The translations under genes were made by a program, and so were the position numbers. A stretch of DNA of 64,000 nucleotides from Macrostomum lignano (Eukaryota), in the NCBI GenBank assembly GCA_002269645.1, contig NIVC01002977.1, forward strand, positions 63,909 through 127,908. Reading direction: 5' to 3'. The notes under the pieces are model-generated. The model had not been told where the DNA came from. It ran no database searches and saw only the letters and a program-made list of their open reading frames with translations. This document shows positions 24,828-35,546 of this stretch, in pieces. Every line of letters starts with the position of its first letter. Position 1 is the stretch's first letter.

Positions 24828-26402
24828 ATGCTGTCATCACGAATTCTGGAAAAAATCATTGGCTCTCGCGCCGGACACCGCGGCCAGACTGAATACCAGG
24901 CTAAATTCAAGAGCTGCGCCGCCTCCGCCAGCTACGTCTGGGCCACCGAAGCCGACATCATCACCCACTGCCCGCAGAACCGCCAGCTGCTGGAGCAGTT
25001 CAAGCGGACCAACCGGCACAGCCGGGTGCTCGGAGCTGATGAGGCCGCCTCGGCCCTCGCCCGCAAGCGCTCGCACCAAAGCCTGACGGAAGACCAGCTG
25101 GCCAAGCGGCGCCACACCTCGGCCAGCTCAGCTGACAAAACGCCCGAGTACGAGCAGCAGCCGCGCCACCCGCCCGGCAGCCGGCGGGCCCGCATAGAGA
25201 AAATGTGCACCGCCAGGAAGCGCAAGGAGAAGCTGCACAGCAGCACAAAAGAAATAACTGGCGCCAGCCTACTGCAGCGCACCGACCCTGGCAGGAGCCG
25301 CGCCCCCGGGCCCAGCGGCCTGGTTGCCACCCGCAAAGGCCAGCAGCAGCCGGTCCTGCCGGATTTCCAGAGGTCCGACAGCTTGGCGCAGGCGCTCAGC
25401 CGCCCGTCGCCCGTCAGTTCCAGTGCCGGCGCACTTCGCCAGCTTTGCTGCAGCGACGCCGTTGCCGCCGCCTCGGCTAAACTCGCCGCCAAATCGGCGT
25501 CGGCACCGAGTTTGAGCAACCTCCAGCGCCTTCTGGCCGCCGGCGACCCGGCCACCCTGTTCGCCGCCGCCAGCTTGGCCAGCGCCGCCACGCTGAACAG
25601 CAAGTTTGCCGGCTCCGGCCGCCTGCTGCACTCAGCCGCTCGGGCGGACCGGCGCTCCGCCGACCTCCTGCTGGCCCTGCTGGCTGCTGGCGCCGAGGCC
25701 GACGCAGCCGAAGCCAGCGGCATCACCCCGCTGATGCTGGCCGCACAGGCTGGCGATGCCACCGCCGTGCACCATCTGCTGCATTTCGGCGCGCGGCCGG
25801 ACACCGGCGGAGACCAGACCGCCTCCGCCCTGCTGCTGGCCGCCCGCTCCAACCACTGGGATGTCGCGGCCGGGCTGCTGTTCCACGGTGCCGAGTTCGA
25901 CCAGCTGCTTAGGCGGGTGACCGCCTCCCAGCTGGCCAGCTGGACGGACCGCCTGGCCGAGCCGCTGCTCAGCGCGCTGCGCCGCGTCACCGGCCGGCCG
26001 TCCAGCTTTGTCAGCGTCCAGCCGCCGCATCTGTTCGGCGTGGCGCCCGGCGCCAGGTGCGCCTTTGAATTCGTCAGCCCAGAAGGCCTGGCAGAAACGG
26101 ACACCCGCCTGCTGCTGGCCGGCCTCATGGAGCTCAACGGCCGCGGCGGCGTCCGGCTCCGCCGGGTGGCCGGCTGCCAGCTGCTCGCCCGCCTGGAGCT
26201 GAACGGTCGCGAGCTCGAGCCCGAGCCCAGCAAGGACTGCCTCTACGTCTACAGAATTGACGAAGTCGGCGCGCCTCCCGGCCAGATCAACCGGGTGCAC
26301 CTGGTCATGCGGCCGGAGTGTCCGGCCCGCTGCCGGCTCCGCCTGGTGCTGCTGCCGGCCGCCTGCACCCAGCCGCGCGGACCCGACGCCGGTGCCGCCT
26401 GA
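24828..26402 (+). CDS. MPP8-like paralog B: degenerate chromodomain, ankyrin repeats, divergent C-terminal beta-domain (524 aa from ATG 24828)
   Basis: LEKIIGSR...TEYQAKFKS...YVWATEADI (chromo fold pattern); GITPLMLAAQAG, TASALLLAARSNH (ankyrin). The C-terminus aligns by eye with paralog A (LELNG/VKLNG, GQINRVHL/GELNELEL, RLRLVLLPA/QLRVLLQA). A candidate acceptor ttttgccttccAG at 24821-24822 lies 5 nt before the ATG. Confidence 0.75.
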   Translation: MLSSRILEKIIGSRAGHRGQTEYQAKFKSCAASASYVWATEADIITHCPQNRQLLEQFKRTNRHSRVLGADEAASALARKRSHQSLTEDQLAKRRHTSASSADKTPEYEQQPRHPPGSRRARIEKMCTARKRKEKLHSSTKEITGASLLQRTDPGRSRAPGPSGLVATRKGQQQPVLPDFQRSDSLAQALSRPSPVSSSAGALRQLCCSDAVAAASAKLAAKSASAPSLSNLQRLLAAGDPATLFAAASLASAATLNSKFAGSGRLLHSAARADRRSADLLLALLAAGAEADAAEASGITPLMLAAQAGDATAVHHLLHFGARPDTGGDQTASALLLAARSNHWDVAAGLLFHGAEFDQLLRRVTASQLASWTDRLAEPLLSALRRVTGRPSSFVSVQPPHLFGVAPGARCAFEFVSPEGLAETDTRLLLAGLMELNGRGGVRLRRVAGCQLLARLELNGRELEPEPSKDCLYVYRIDEVGAPPGQINRVHLVMRPECPARCRLRLVLLPAACTQPRGPDAGAA

Positions 26403-26488
26403 GCTGCCCGCGGCCCGGAAGGGGGCCTCCGCCACCGGACTCTGGAAGATTTTTGGAATTGATCTCGCATCAAGTCACGAACGTTTTG

Positions 26489-26494
26489 AATAAA
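26489..26494 (+). terminator. Candidate polyadenylation signal for MPP8-like B
   Basis: AATAAA 87 nt after the stop codon. Confidence 0.5.
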
Positions 26495-26994
26495 CATTGG
26501 CCTCTACCTGCGGCTTTTTAGAAAAAATTATCAACTGGGCCCTGCACATTTAATGCTATTTGAACCCCCTGGAGCCCCAAATTTATTCACCCGCGTGTTT
26601 TAACTCGAGCCAGTCTTACAGTTTTCTTTTTCTGTTTCTAGTTTGTGTTTTACTCGAAGCAGTTTGACTTTTGTGTGCCCTCTGTGCGAGCGTACTTACC
26701 TTATTTGGTATGCAGCGTTCCTGGTTACTGGTTACTCTGATTACTGTTAGTTCCAAATGTTGTCTTGATGGTTTTGGGCCATTGCTTACTATCCAATCGC
26801 ACTTGTAAAAGGCTTGCAACAATAAACTTGGATAGATGCTTCTGCTGCTAGTAGCGACCTGTCCCACTGGCTCTGCAGGTGCAACTCGCGCTCCAGTAGT
26901 TACTCATTTAAACAGTGAAGGCAAACCTTGGACCATTAGGCTAGAACCGTAGTTCTTGTTCCTGTCCCAACTGGCATCTTCATATGCCTAACAT

Positions 26995-27670
26995 CCTCAG
27001 ATCCCAGCTGGCACAAATCAGATCCCAGCTAGCACACATCAGATCCCAGGATTCCCAGTTAGCACACATCAGATCCCAGCTAATGCACATTAGATCCCAG
27101 CTAGCGCACATCATATGCTAGCTGGCACAAATCAGATCCCAGCTAGCACACATTAAATCCCAGGATTCCCAGTTAGCACACATCAGATCCCAGGATTCCC
27201 AGTTAGCACACATCAGATCCCAGCTAATGCACATTAGATCCCAGCTAGCGCACATCAGATGCCAGCTGGCAGAAATCAGATCCCAGCTAGCACACATTAG
27301 ATCCCAGCTGGCAAACATTAGATCCCAGCTAGCACAAACAAATCAGATCCCAGCTAGCACAAATCAGATCCCAGCTAGCACAAATCAGATCCCAGCTGGC
27401 ACAAATCAGATCCCAGCTGGCACAAATCAGATCCCAGCTGGCACAAATCAGATCCCAGCTGGCACAGATCAGATCCCAGCTGGCACACATTAGATCCCAG
27501 CTGGCACGCATTAGATCCCAGCTGGCACACATCAGATCCCAGCTGGCACAGATCAGATCCCAGCTGGCACAAATCAGATCCCAGCTGGCACAAATCAGAT
27601 CCCAGCTGGCACACATCAGATCCCAGCCGGCACACATCAGATCCCTGCTGGTACACATCAGATCCCAGAC
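26995..27670. repeat. 20-21-bp minisatellite (cagatcccagctggcacaaat) between the two MPP8-like genes
   Basis: Tandem units with 7-aa periodicity in spurious ORFs. Confidence 0.95.
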
Positions 27671-27758
27671 AGCGCTCCACAAAGTACGGGTTACGCTTAG
27701 AATATCCAAGCGAGCTGTAATATCCGGCTGCTCAAATTCAACGACCGGAACCCTTCAG

Positions 27759-30047
27759 GTGGACTCGAACGAGGAGGGCTCGCTGTCCGACAGCAGCGGC
27801 GAGGAGTTTGAGATCGAGCGCGTGCTCGACCGGCGCAGAAACTCGAGCACGGGCGCTATCGAGTACCTGGTGAAGTGGGCGGGCGACTGGGGCGCGGACA
27901 GCTGCCAGTGGCTGGAGGAGGCCAGCCTGGCCAACGCGCAGGAGGCCGTGCGCGCCTTCCTACAGCGAAGCTCCAACAAGGCGGCCACGGCCGAGCCCGC
28001 TAGCTCCACTACGACCAGCAAGGCGGCGAAGCGGCTTCCAAGGCAGCAGCCGCCGCCTCCCCGCAGACAGGCGTTCATCCTGTCCGACCGCGACTGCAGC
28101 GACGAAGACGGAGAGGTTAAGCCGCGAAAGTCCTCTTCGAAAACTTCTTCGAAAAAGAAGAAGCATAAAAAGAAGAAGACAGACGAGGCCGCTGCGGCCG
28201 CCGGCACACGAGAGGACGGCGCAGAATTCGAAGAAGGCGAAATCTCCGACGACAGCTCGTCGGCTGTGCGGCGCAGGAGCAGCGGCCGGAGCCGAAGCGG
28301 GAAGCATCGCAAACGGCACCGGGAAGAGCGAAGCGGGAAGGCCCAGTCGGCTGCGGCTGAGTCGACCACTGCGAAGGCGCAAGTGCAGCAGGCGGAGTCG
28401 CAACTGCAACCGCCCCTGGCGCAAGCACAACCACCGGTTTTAGAAGTGCAACAGCGGGAGTCAGAAATACAACAGCCAAAGCCGCAGGTGCAGCAGCCGC
28501 AATCTAAGGCATTTATAATTGCTGCACCGGCCTACAATGCTGACGACGGCGCTGATGATGACGATGACGAAGACGACGAAACGCCGTTCTCGGAGCTGCG
28601 CATCGCCGAATCTGGCGACACACCGTCGGAAGGCGACGGCGACTGCGAAGCAGACGGGGATAGAGACGGCGATGAAATTGACGCTGCAGATGGCGATGGC
28701 GGCGGTGCCGAGCAGCTGGCCGACCAGGCTGACGAAGACTTGGACAATGGCAATGACATCAGCGAGGAGGCGGGCGGCAGTGCAGCTACAGGCCCTAGCG
28801 ATCCTCGCCGGCTGCACGGAGCGGCGGCTCAGGCAGCTACCGACGGCCGGGCGTCGCTGCCCTCAGGCGCGGTGATCCGCAAGCGCCAGACCAAGCTGCT
28901 GAGCTTCGCCGGACGCGAAATCCCGCAGCCGAAGTCTGCGGCCGGTGCCGGCCAAGCATCGGAGCCCGATGCCGCTGCTGCCGCGGCCAAGTCGGCCCGG
29001 TCCGAGTCCGACGCCTTGAAGGCCACGCTGGCCTCCGAGCTGGTGAAACCGGCGCGGCAGGTGCACGGCAGCCCGGCGGACATAATGCGGACCCTCCTGG
29101 CCGAGCGGGACGCCGAATTCCCGCCACGCCTGCTGGGCGAAAAGGAGCTGCTGGAGCTGGTGCGGAACCCGGACCGGCCGCTGGCGGCGCTGAGCCAGGC
29201 GCTGCGGCATCCCGACTGTCCCAGCTTGAACAAGATTCCGGAGAGCCGCACCAGCTGGCTGCTGCACTGCGCAGCCAAGTGCGGCCTTACGGAGGCCCTG
29301 CAGCTGCTGCTGCAGTTCGGCGCCGACCCCGACCTGCCGGAGCGCCGCACGGGCCGGACGGCCCTCATGACAGCTGCCGGCCTCGGCCTGCAGATCGCCT
29401 GCGAGCTTCTGCTGCAGGCCCGGGCCAGCCTGGAGCTGCGGGACCACCGGGGCGACACGGCGCTGCTGCGATCGGCGCGCCTGGGGCAGTTCCCCACTAT
29501 GCGCTACCTGCTGTGGCGCGGGGCCGAGTTCGCCGAGCTCTGGCCCGGCCGGATTGCCGACCTCCCCGAGGAGGCCACGAAGACAGCCCGACTGTGGGCC
29601 CACGAGCTGCAGGGCCTGCTGCTGAACGAGATCGAATCCGTGGTCAGAAACTGCCTGCCCGGGGCCCTGCTGACCTGCTCCGTGTCCCCGCCCTTCGTTG
29701 TCAGCCCCAGCGCCGGCCTGCGCCGCGTCCTGTCCTTCAGCACCCCAGAGGACCTGAAGGAGGGCCCGGCGGGCCGCTGCTTGGACTGCCTGTTCATTGC
29801 CGTGGCCGACTTCCCCGGAAACGGCGCCGCCCACCCCATGCTTTCCGGCCCGGACATGGTGTCCGGCGTGAAGCTCAATGGGGTTGTGCAGCCCAGCTTC
29901 ACGCCCCCGCATCACTTCCTGACTGGCTGTCAGCCGCTGCGGCCGCCGGGCGAGCTTAACGAGCTAGAACTGCAGCTGCTACGGGAGAACGAAGGCATGA
30001 GCCAGCTGCGGGTGCTGCTGCAGGCCTACAGACTCTCTCTGGACTGA
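27759..30047 (+). CDS. MPHOSPH8: MPP8/MPHOSPH8-like protein A: chromodomain, long acidic/basic disordered linker, ankyrin repeats, C-terminal beta-sandwich
   Basis: EFEIERVLDRR...IEYLVKWAGDW...QW (chromodomain with aromatic cage); LLHCAAKCG, GRTALMTAAGLG, GDTALLRSARLG (ankyrins). The C-terminus 'LSGPDMVSGVKLNG...HHF...NELELQL...VLLQAYRLSLD' resembles, from memory, the MPP8 C-terminal domain. The ORF begins immediately after acceptor cccttcAG (27757-27758) with GTG; the first in-frame ATG is residue 443. Confidence 0.82.
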   Translation: MDSNEEGSLSDSSGEEFEIERVLDRRRNSSTGAIEYLVKWAGDWGADSCQWLEEASLANAQEAVRAFLQRSSNKAATAEPASSTTTSKAAKRLPRQQPPPPRRQAFILSDRDCSDEDGEVKPRKSSSKTSSKKKKHKKKKTDEAAAAAGTREDGAEFEEGEISDDSSSAVRRRSSGRSRSGKHRKRHREERSGKAQSAAAESTTAKAQVQQAESQLQPPLAQAQPPVLEVQQRESEIQQPKPQVQQPQSKAFIIAAPAYNADDGADDDDDEDDETPFSELRIAESGDTPSEGDGDCEADGDRDGDEIDAADGDGGGAEQLADQADEDLDNGNDISEEAGGSAATGPSDPRRLHGAAAQAATDGRASLPSGAVIRKRQTKLLSFAGREIPQPKSAAGAGQASEPDAAAAAAKSARSESDALKATLASELVKPARQVHGSPADIMRTLLAERDAEFPPRLLGEKELLELVRNPDRPLAALSQALRHPDCPSLNKIPESRTSWLLHCAAKCGLTEALQLLLQFGADPDLPERRTGRTALMTAAGLGLQIACELLLQARASLELRDHRGDTALLRSARLGQFPTMRYLLWRGAEFAELWPGRIADLPEEATKTARLWAHELQGLLLNEIESVVRNCLPGALLTCSVSPPFVVSPSAGLRRVLSFSTPEDLKEGPAGRCLDCLFIAVADFPGNGAAHPMLSGPDMVSGVKLNGVVQPSFTPPHHFLTGCQPLRPPGELNELELQLLRENEGMSQLRVLLQAYRLSLD

Positions 30048-30236
30048 CTCTTTATGGTGCCCCTTCATTCTGTCTGCATTTCAAGTAAAAACTTTAGCTT
30101 TTATTAATTTGAGTGTAATAATATTTTGCTCAATTTTTTACAGTAGAGTTGAGATCACACAAATTGAAGTTAAACTCCAGGAATCATTAACCCATTTAAT
30201 TCAACTGCTTAGATTTGGTACAGAGTAGACGAGTCA

Positions 30237-30242
30237 AATAAA
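30237..30242 (+). terminator. Candidate polyadenylation signal for MPP8-like A
   Basis: AATAAA 190 nt after the stop, in U-rich 3' sequence. Confidence 0.4.
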
Positions 30243-31580
30243 AAATGTCTTTGTCTGCGACTGGCTCCAGTCTTGAGGAGCTGGCATTGAATTACGAGTG
30301 TAGCTAAAGTTTCCGATAACCTAAAGTTTCTAAAGCTCAAGAAATGGTGCGGCGAAGCGAAACTCTTTGAATCATTATTTTTGGATAGATGATCTGGAAA
30401 TTGTTTGCTTCTTCACAGCCTGCCAACGGCTGGAAAACAATGCCGAGTTCTACATCTATCATCCCTACATGTACGTTAAATACCGACCATTCACATCCAC
30501 TTTAATAAAAATGATTCCTGATATTCACTTCTCTATAAATCCTGAGCTCATGGCTTGGCTCCTCCCACTGACACCGCCCTTCTGATAATAATACGGGTTA
30601 CGTCTTTAGTGTTTATGTTTATAAATCCACCAGGAGAAAGGTAGCTTAGAGAGTGATGCCAGAATGCTAGAATTTCACAAAAAGGGCTGATGCGTACAGA
30701 GAGCGATGGATTGACCTCCCCCCAACTGTTCCAATGCAAACTAACAAGCTTTAACTAGGGTTTCTCTCCACCCCATAGAAACAGTATAGTTCTAAAGTTA
30801 GGGAAATACATGTACGTCCCCCATTTCCATTGCCTATAAAACCTGCCGTTGCTATACATGAAACCATGCGAACAAACAGATTCTAAATAAAAATAGACCA
30901 CAGCCTCAACTCCGAGCGGCACCCCCCTCCCTCAGAACCTATCGTTTAGGCTCAACTTAAGAATTCTAGATAATATCAAAGTTATCGTGTTCAACTATTT
31001 AAAATTGATGGAAGCCTTTATTTGACTTCAGAAGACAGAGAGCTCCAAACGAGTTGCTAATGCAATAGAAGCGGAGAGTGGAGACTCAGCCGCAATCCGA
31101 GATCGATGATCGAGTCAGCTTTATAGGGTGTTTCCTATGCAGCCGGCAGCAGATAAAACCTATTCAGTAATACTGAGATCAATTAATTTTATCTCAAAGT
31201 CTACTACTCATTTTGAAGCGATTAATTCTGGACACGGAACGCAATTAAAGAATTGTTACTTATTTCTGTTTTAACGTGCTAATTTTCTCTTCTAGATTTT
31301 ATTTGCATCACATTAAATTTTCTTGCTTTTAGCTAAGCTTTCTAAAATGTGAATATTCATTCATAAATGAACGCCTGGAACTGCATAAAGCATATCCTGT
31401 TAACTGTTTTCTACTATATTACGTATTTATTGTAAAACAAAGTTAAAGCACCAATATCATATAGAACTAAAAAACGTAAAATATGATAAATAAATTTGCT
31501 TAATAGATGAAATCTATTGTTCTTTTAGCATTTCAAAAACTAATTATTTATCTATTATTTTCGAAAACGCGTTTTTCAAA

Positions 31581-34554
31581 TGGTCACTCTAATTTGAGGG
31601 GTGGGCCCGAGCTGTCCAGACGTAGGGTCTGTATAAAAGCAGGGCACCATTGGCACATTGGACACCCCTTATGTTAACAAAAATCGAGTTTTGATCGTTG
31701 TTTTGCTTGAATAAATATACTTTGGCTTTCGAATAAAAATGTAAATATTTATTTATAATTGCACTTTTTCATATACTTCTAACAACCATGAGATTGGTAG
31801 TATCAACAAGTTTTATTCTACATTTAAATTCATTTCTTATCTTGCTTTATTGTCGAACTACTTTCGGTACGTCATTTTCATTTACCTAGTTGGTGCACTT
31901 ACAGAAAACATAGAAACATTAAATGCCGTTTCTTGTCCTCAATAAACGTTGGAAAAAGTGAGCAGCAGACTAGTTGCAGAATTTTATTGCCGGACATGGC
32001 ATATTTGACTATTTGCAGCTGCTCTGGCTTGTTTACTGCCTTTCCATAAATCAACAGCAATGGTGAAAGTGAATCTAATCCTTCTCTCTCTCTCTCCCAT
32101 AATGTTAATGTTTGATTTGCTGTTAATATGGATTTTTAAAATCCCCCGTGTCTTAAATAAAAAACGAATAATTTTTTAAGTTGTGATTTCCATCAAAATG
32201 CAATTAATTAATGTTTTAAAAACATTTAAACTCAATAAATTATTTATTCTCTTATCAAATAGAATCCAACTCTAGAATCTTTTTCAAGGAAGGAATACTA
32301 ACTATCCTTAATATTCAATATGCATGATAATAAAGCAGTGCATTACTTTTTCAATTTAGAGAATCTAACAAGGAAATAAATATAATTTAGTACAGTACCA
32401 TTGTAAGCAAAAAACCATAAGTTTACAGGTACAATTTTTTGTAAAGATAGATACAGCGGAAAATTAAAATTTGACAAAAGAATACCACAAACACTAAAAA
32501 TGGGGAGAAAAAGTATTACAAACATTGGCATTAATAAAAAAGTAATAAATATTGCAGCTGAGCAAATGAAATTAGCAATTAAACAATGCAATGAGTTAAA
32601 TGATAAATAACAAAGAAATGCTAAATAACATCTAGCAATGTATATTAAAGCAATTGAAGTGCACTCTGAGTTGAAAGGCTTACAACTCATAAAGTACAGT
32701 TTAAATGCAATGTAACTTTTTATTTATTTGTAACTTTATAACAATAGAAATCATTACCATAAGCAATTGTATGAAAAGTTGCTATTAATAGTCTTATGTA
32801 CTTTATCTCTACTCTAAGAGCTAACTTTCTATAAATATATATGATTCCTTGTATAAAATTAGGGATTCTTTAAAAAATTCATGCTGCAATATGCATATAT
32901 CACACTCTTGACCCAAGAAAATTATTGAAAGTGGTCAACCAATTAGCACAAAAAAATTATAGACGGCTGTAATGGTGCAAGTGGTGTTTCGGCACACCAC
33001 TTAAATTAAAGTTGAAATTTTTGGAGCAGTTACACTAAAGAAAATTATTATTTTATAAAATTAAGAGAGGCTAATAAAATTAGTAGGGCTTGAATTGAAT
33101 AATATGCTGTGAAGACTCAAACTTGTAAGCCAAGAAGGCTAGAATTAGGGTTAGCAATTAGGCAATTAGGCGAACTATAGACATTAAGGAATGTGTAAGT
33201 ATTAAATAAATAAATCATGCAGGTGCTAATAGTAGCTTAAAACCTATCACTTGGTCCCTTAGAATGCCATAATTTTGGACATTAGAATTAAAATATAGTG
33301 TTTTACTGATTGGGAACTTGTTCTTATTGGAAAACTTCTCATAAATATAGAAATATTAATATAAACAATACGAATAAATTTGCCTATTAAAACTTTGTGG
33401 CATTTGTAGGATTTTAGAAGAAGGAAGTATACCCTGCAACATACGTGCAGAATATTTATGTGCTAAAGGATTTAGGTCTGAAATAAATGACAATAAATGT
33501 TATGTGAAGATGGTTTATATGTTGTTTTTTCAAAGCGTCACATATAAACTTTCAGTAAAAAGACTTCTTGGTCTGTGAGGTAGATTTTTTACTTATATGC
33601 TTGCATTTTTTAACTCATAATTTAAATGATTAGCACAATTTCTTAAATATCATGACTTGGCAAATTATTCATAATAATGTTTTCTTAAAAGGATTGTATA
33701 TAAAGAAGAGACTGTAATTTGAACTTTCACTGAGTAGCTATTCCTTTTTTTGTTGGTTGAAATCATACAAAAAGTAATTGAACTAATAAAAGAAGAAGCT
33801 TGGAAATTATTAATTTAATCATCATCTTACAAAGTAAAAAAAACTTTTTGGGTGCAATTTTTTCATCAAATAATCTGCCAATGTATTAACTTTTTTAATA
33901 TAGAAATACTTGCAATTTGGAATATCCAAAGTTCGTTCTTCATGAAGTAATCCTAACAAAATAAGTTGTGGTTTTTTGATAAGAGCAGAATGCTTCATCA
34001 TTTTATGGAAAATTGAGTTCTGACTATTAGTTTGATCATTTCATATATCAGGCATATTTAGCATTAAATCGGTACGCCTGTAGTACAGAACCTTCGGGGT
34101 AGTAAAATCACAGTGTAATAGCATTGCAAGCTGCAGTTTTTGCATGTGCGATTATTTTAAAAAATCGAATGCCAAATTAAACATGTACAAAAAACGATAA
34201 TACAAAGAATATTTAACAAATCATCTATCACGAAAGCAAGGATGTCATTTCTATTATTATCAATTTTTTAAATTATTTAAAAGTATCTCCGCAAGTTTAT
34301 TCTGCATTTTCATATCTAATTTTGTTATAAAAAGGGGTGTCCAATGTGTCCAATGTGCCAGTGCCAGCTTTTATACACACCCTCCAGACGTACGTCAATA
34401 AAAAAAGATGCTTAATTTTAACAACGTTTTCCTTTCCAACGCACATTCTTGCTGATTGGTTAAAATAACCATAATAGATAATCAGAAATGCGCTAATGCA
34501 AATAATTTATCTCGTCCCCTCGTCCCTTCGTCCCCCCTCAAATTAGAGTGACCC
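31581..34554. mobile_element. Mutator/MULE-like non-autonomous element, about 2.97 kb
   Basis: Terminal 20-bp match GGTCACTCTAATTTGAGGGG / CCCCTCAAATTAGAGTGACC; further inverted homology (gtataaaagc...ggcacattggacacccctt) at ~31630-31670 versus ~34332-34378; 9-bp flanks tttttcaaa / tttttcgaa (8 of 9). No transposase ORF inside. Confidence 0.7.
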
Positions 34555-35098
34555 TTTTTCGAACTATGGTAAACAGCCAATGCAGCTGGCTACAGCTTTT
34601 TTGTATGCAATTAACTGATTAGAGCAACATGTTTTGAATGACAGGATTATAACAAAAGCTGTTAATGATTATATATTTAAGTAGCAAAGAGCATAATTGA
34701 ATGGTTAGAAAAGTAAATACATTTTTAAAAAATAATCTTTAGAAACATGTGCCAGTGCCAGAGAATATATATTATTCTACATTCTAGATTCTACTCTATG
34801 TAGAATAGAATGATATATATGCCAACATATGCAGTAATATGCCAACAATTTTTGTATGCTAGTCAATATACCTATTCTAGTATATAGGTTATCACTTTCC
34901 TAAATATGGCTTTTTTTCTATGTCAAATTTAACTTTAAGAAAAAATTTATTTTGACTGATAATTTTTATGCATATAAACAAAAATATGTATTTGCAAATT
35001 GGCATACATGGTGCATACATAGCATAGCAATAGCCCAGTGCCCCAGTAGAAAATTTCAGTATATAATGTGGTGGTATAGTGGCGCAACTAGGGAAGGG

Positions 35099-35546
35099 CC
35101 CATAGTCTAGATCATGGCAGGGTGTATGCCAAACAAAAACTTGATGGATCCACAGTTTGTACGCCAATGTATGCCGAATTTTTTCTGCCTTCCCTAACTG
35201 TACGCCACTTTTACAGATACAAATTTCCTACTTCAAAACTATTTAATGATTCAATTATTCGAATATTAAAATTATTCAATAGAACAATAGATGGGAATAT
35301 ATTTTGTTAAAGTGAATGTATTTCTAACATAAATTCCATTTTTTACATTATCGTGCAAATTCCTAAAAAATACCAATGTTTATGTATATTACATTGCAAG
35401 TTGCAACAGCAACAGTGTGTATGCCACTTAGGCCAATAGGTAGGGCCCAATTTTTTGGTTGTACGCCTATGTACACCAATAGGGTTAGCAAGGGGTGACT
35501 GTACGCCAAATTAATTTGGCATACAGGCCATGATCCGGACTATGGG
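35099..35546. mobile_element. CMC/EnSpm-like MITE, 448 bp
   Basis: TIR CCCATAGTC(T/C)(A/G)GATCATGGC...TGTATGCCAAA; GG on both sides (possible 2-bp TSD, low information in a G-run); internal repeated gtacgcc motifs. Confidence 0.65.

Noticed and set aside
24824-24860. EYAV in another frame just before EKII, hinting at a frameshifted canonical chromodomain start in paralog B
   Set aside because: Would need a 13-nt insertion; an in-frame ATG at 24828 explains the ORF without it. Worth rechecking only if reads disagree.
24837-29959. Numerous antisense and alternate-frame ORFs over the MPP8-like genes (also over the Syk exons)
   Set aside because: Shadow ORFs expected in very GC-rich coding DNA; no motifs.
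30367-30585. 72-aa ORF faintly like a Penelope RT segment (WIDD...PDIHFS)
   Set aside because: Too short and too weak to call without a profile search.
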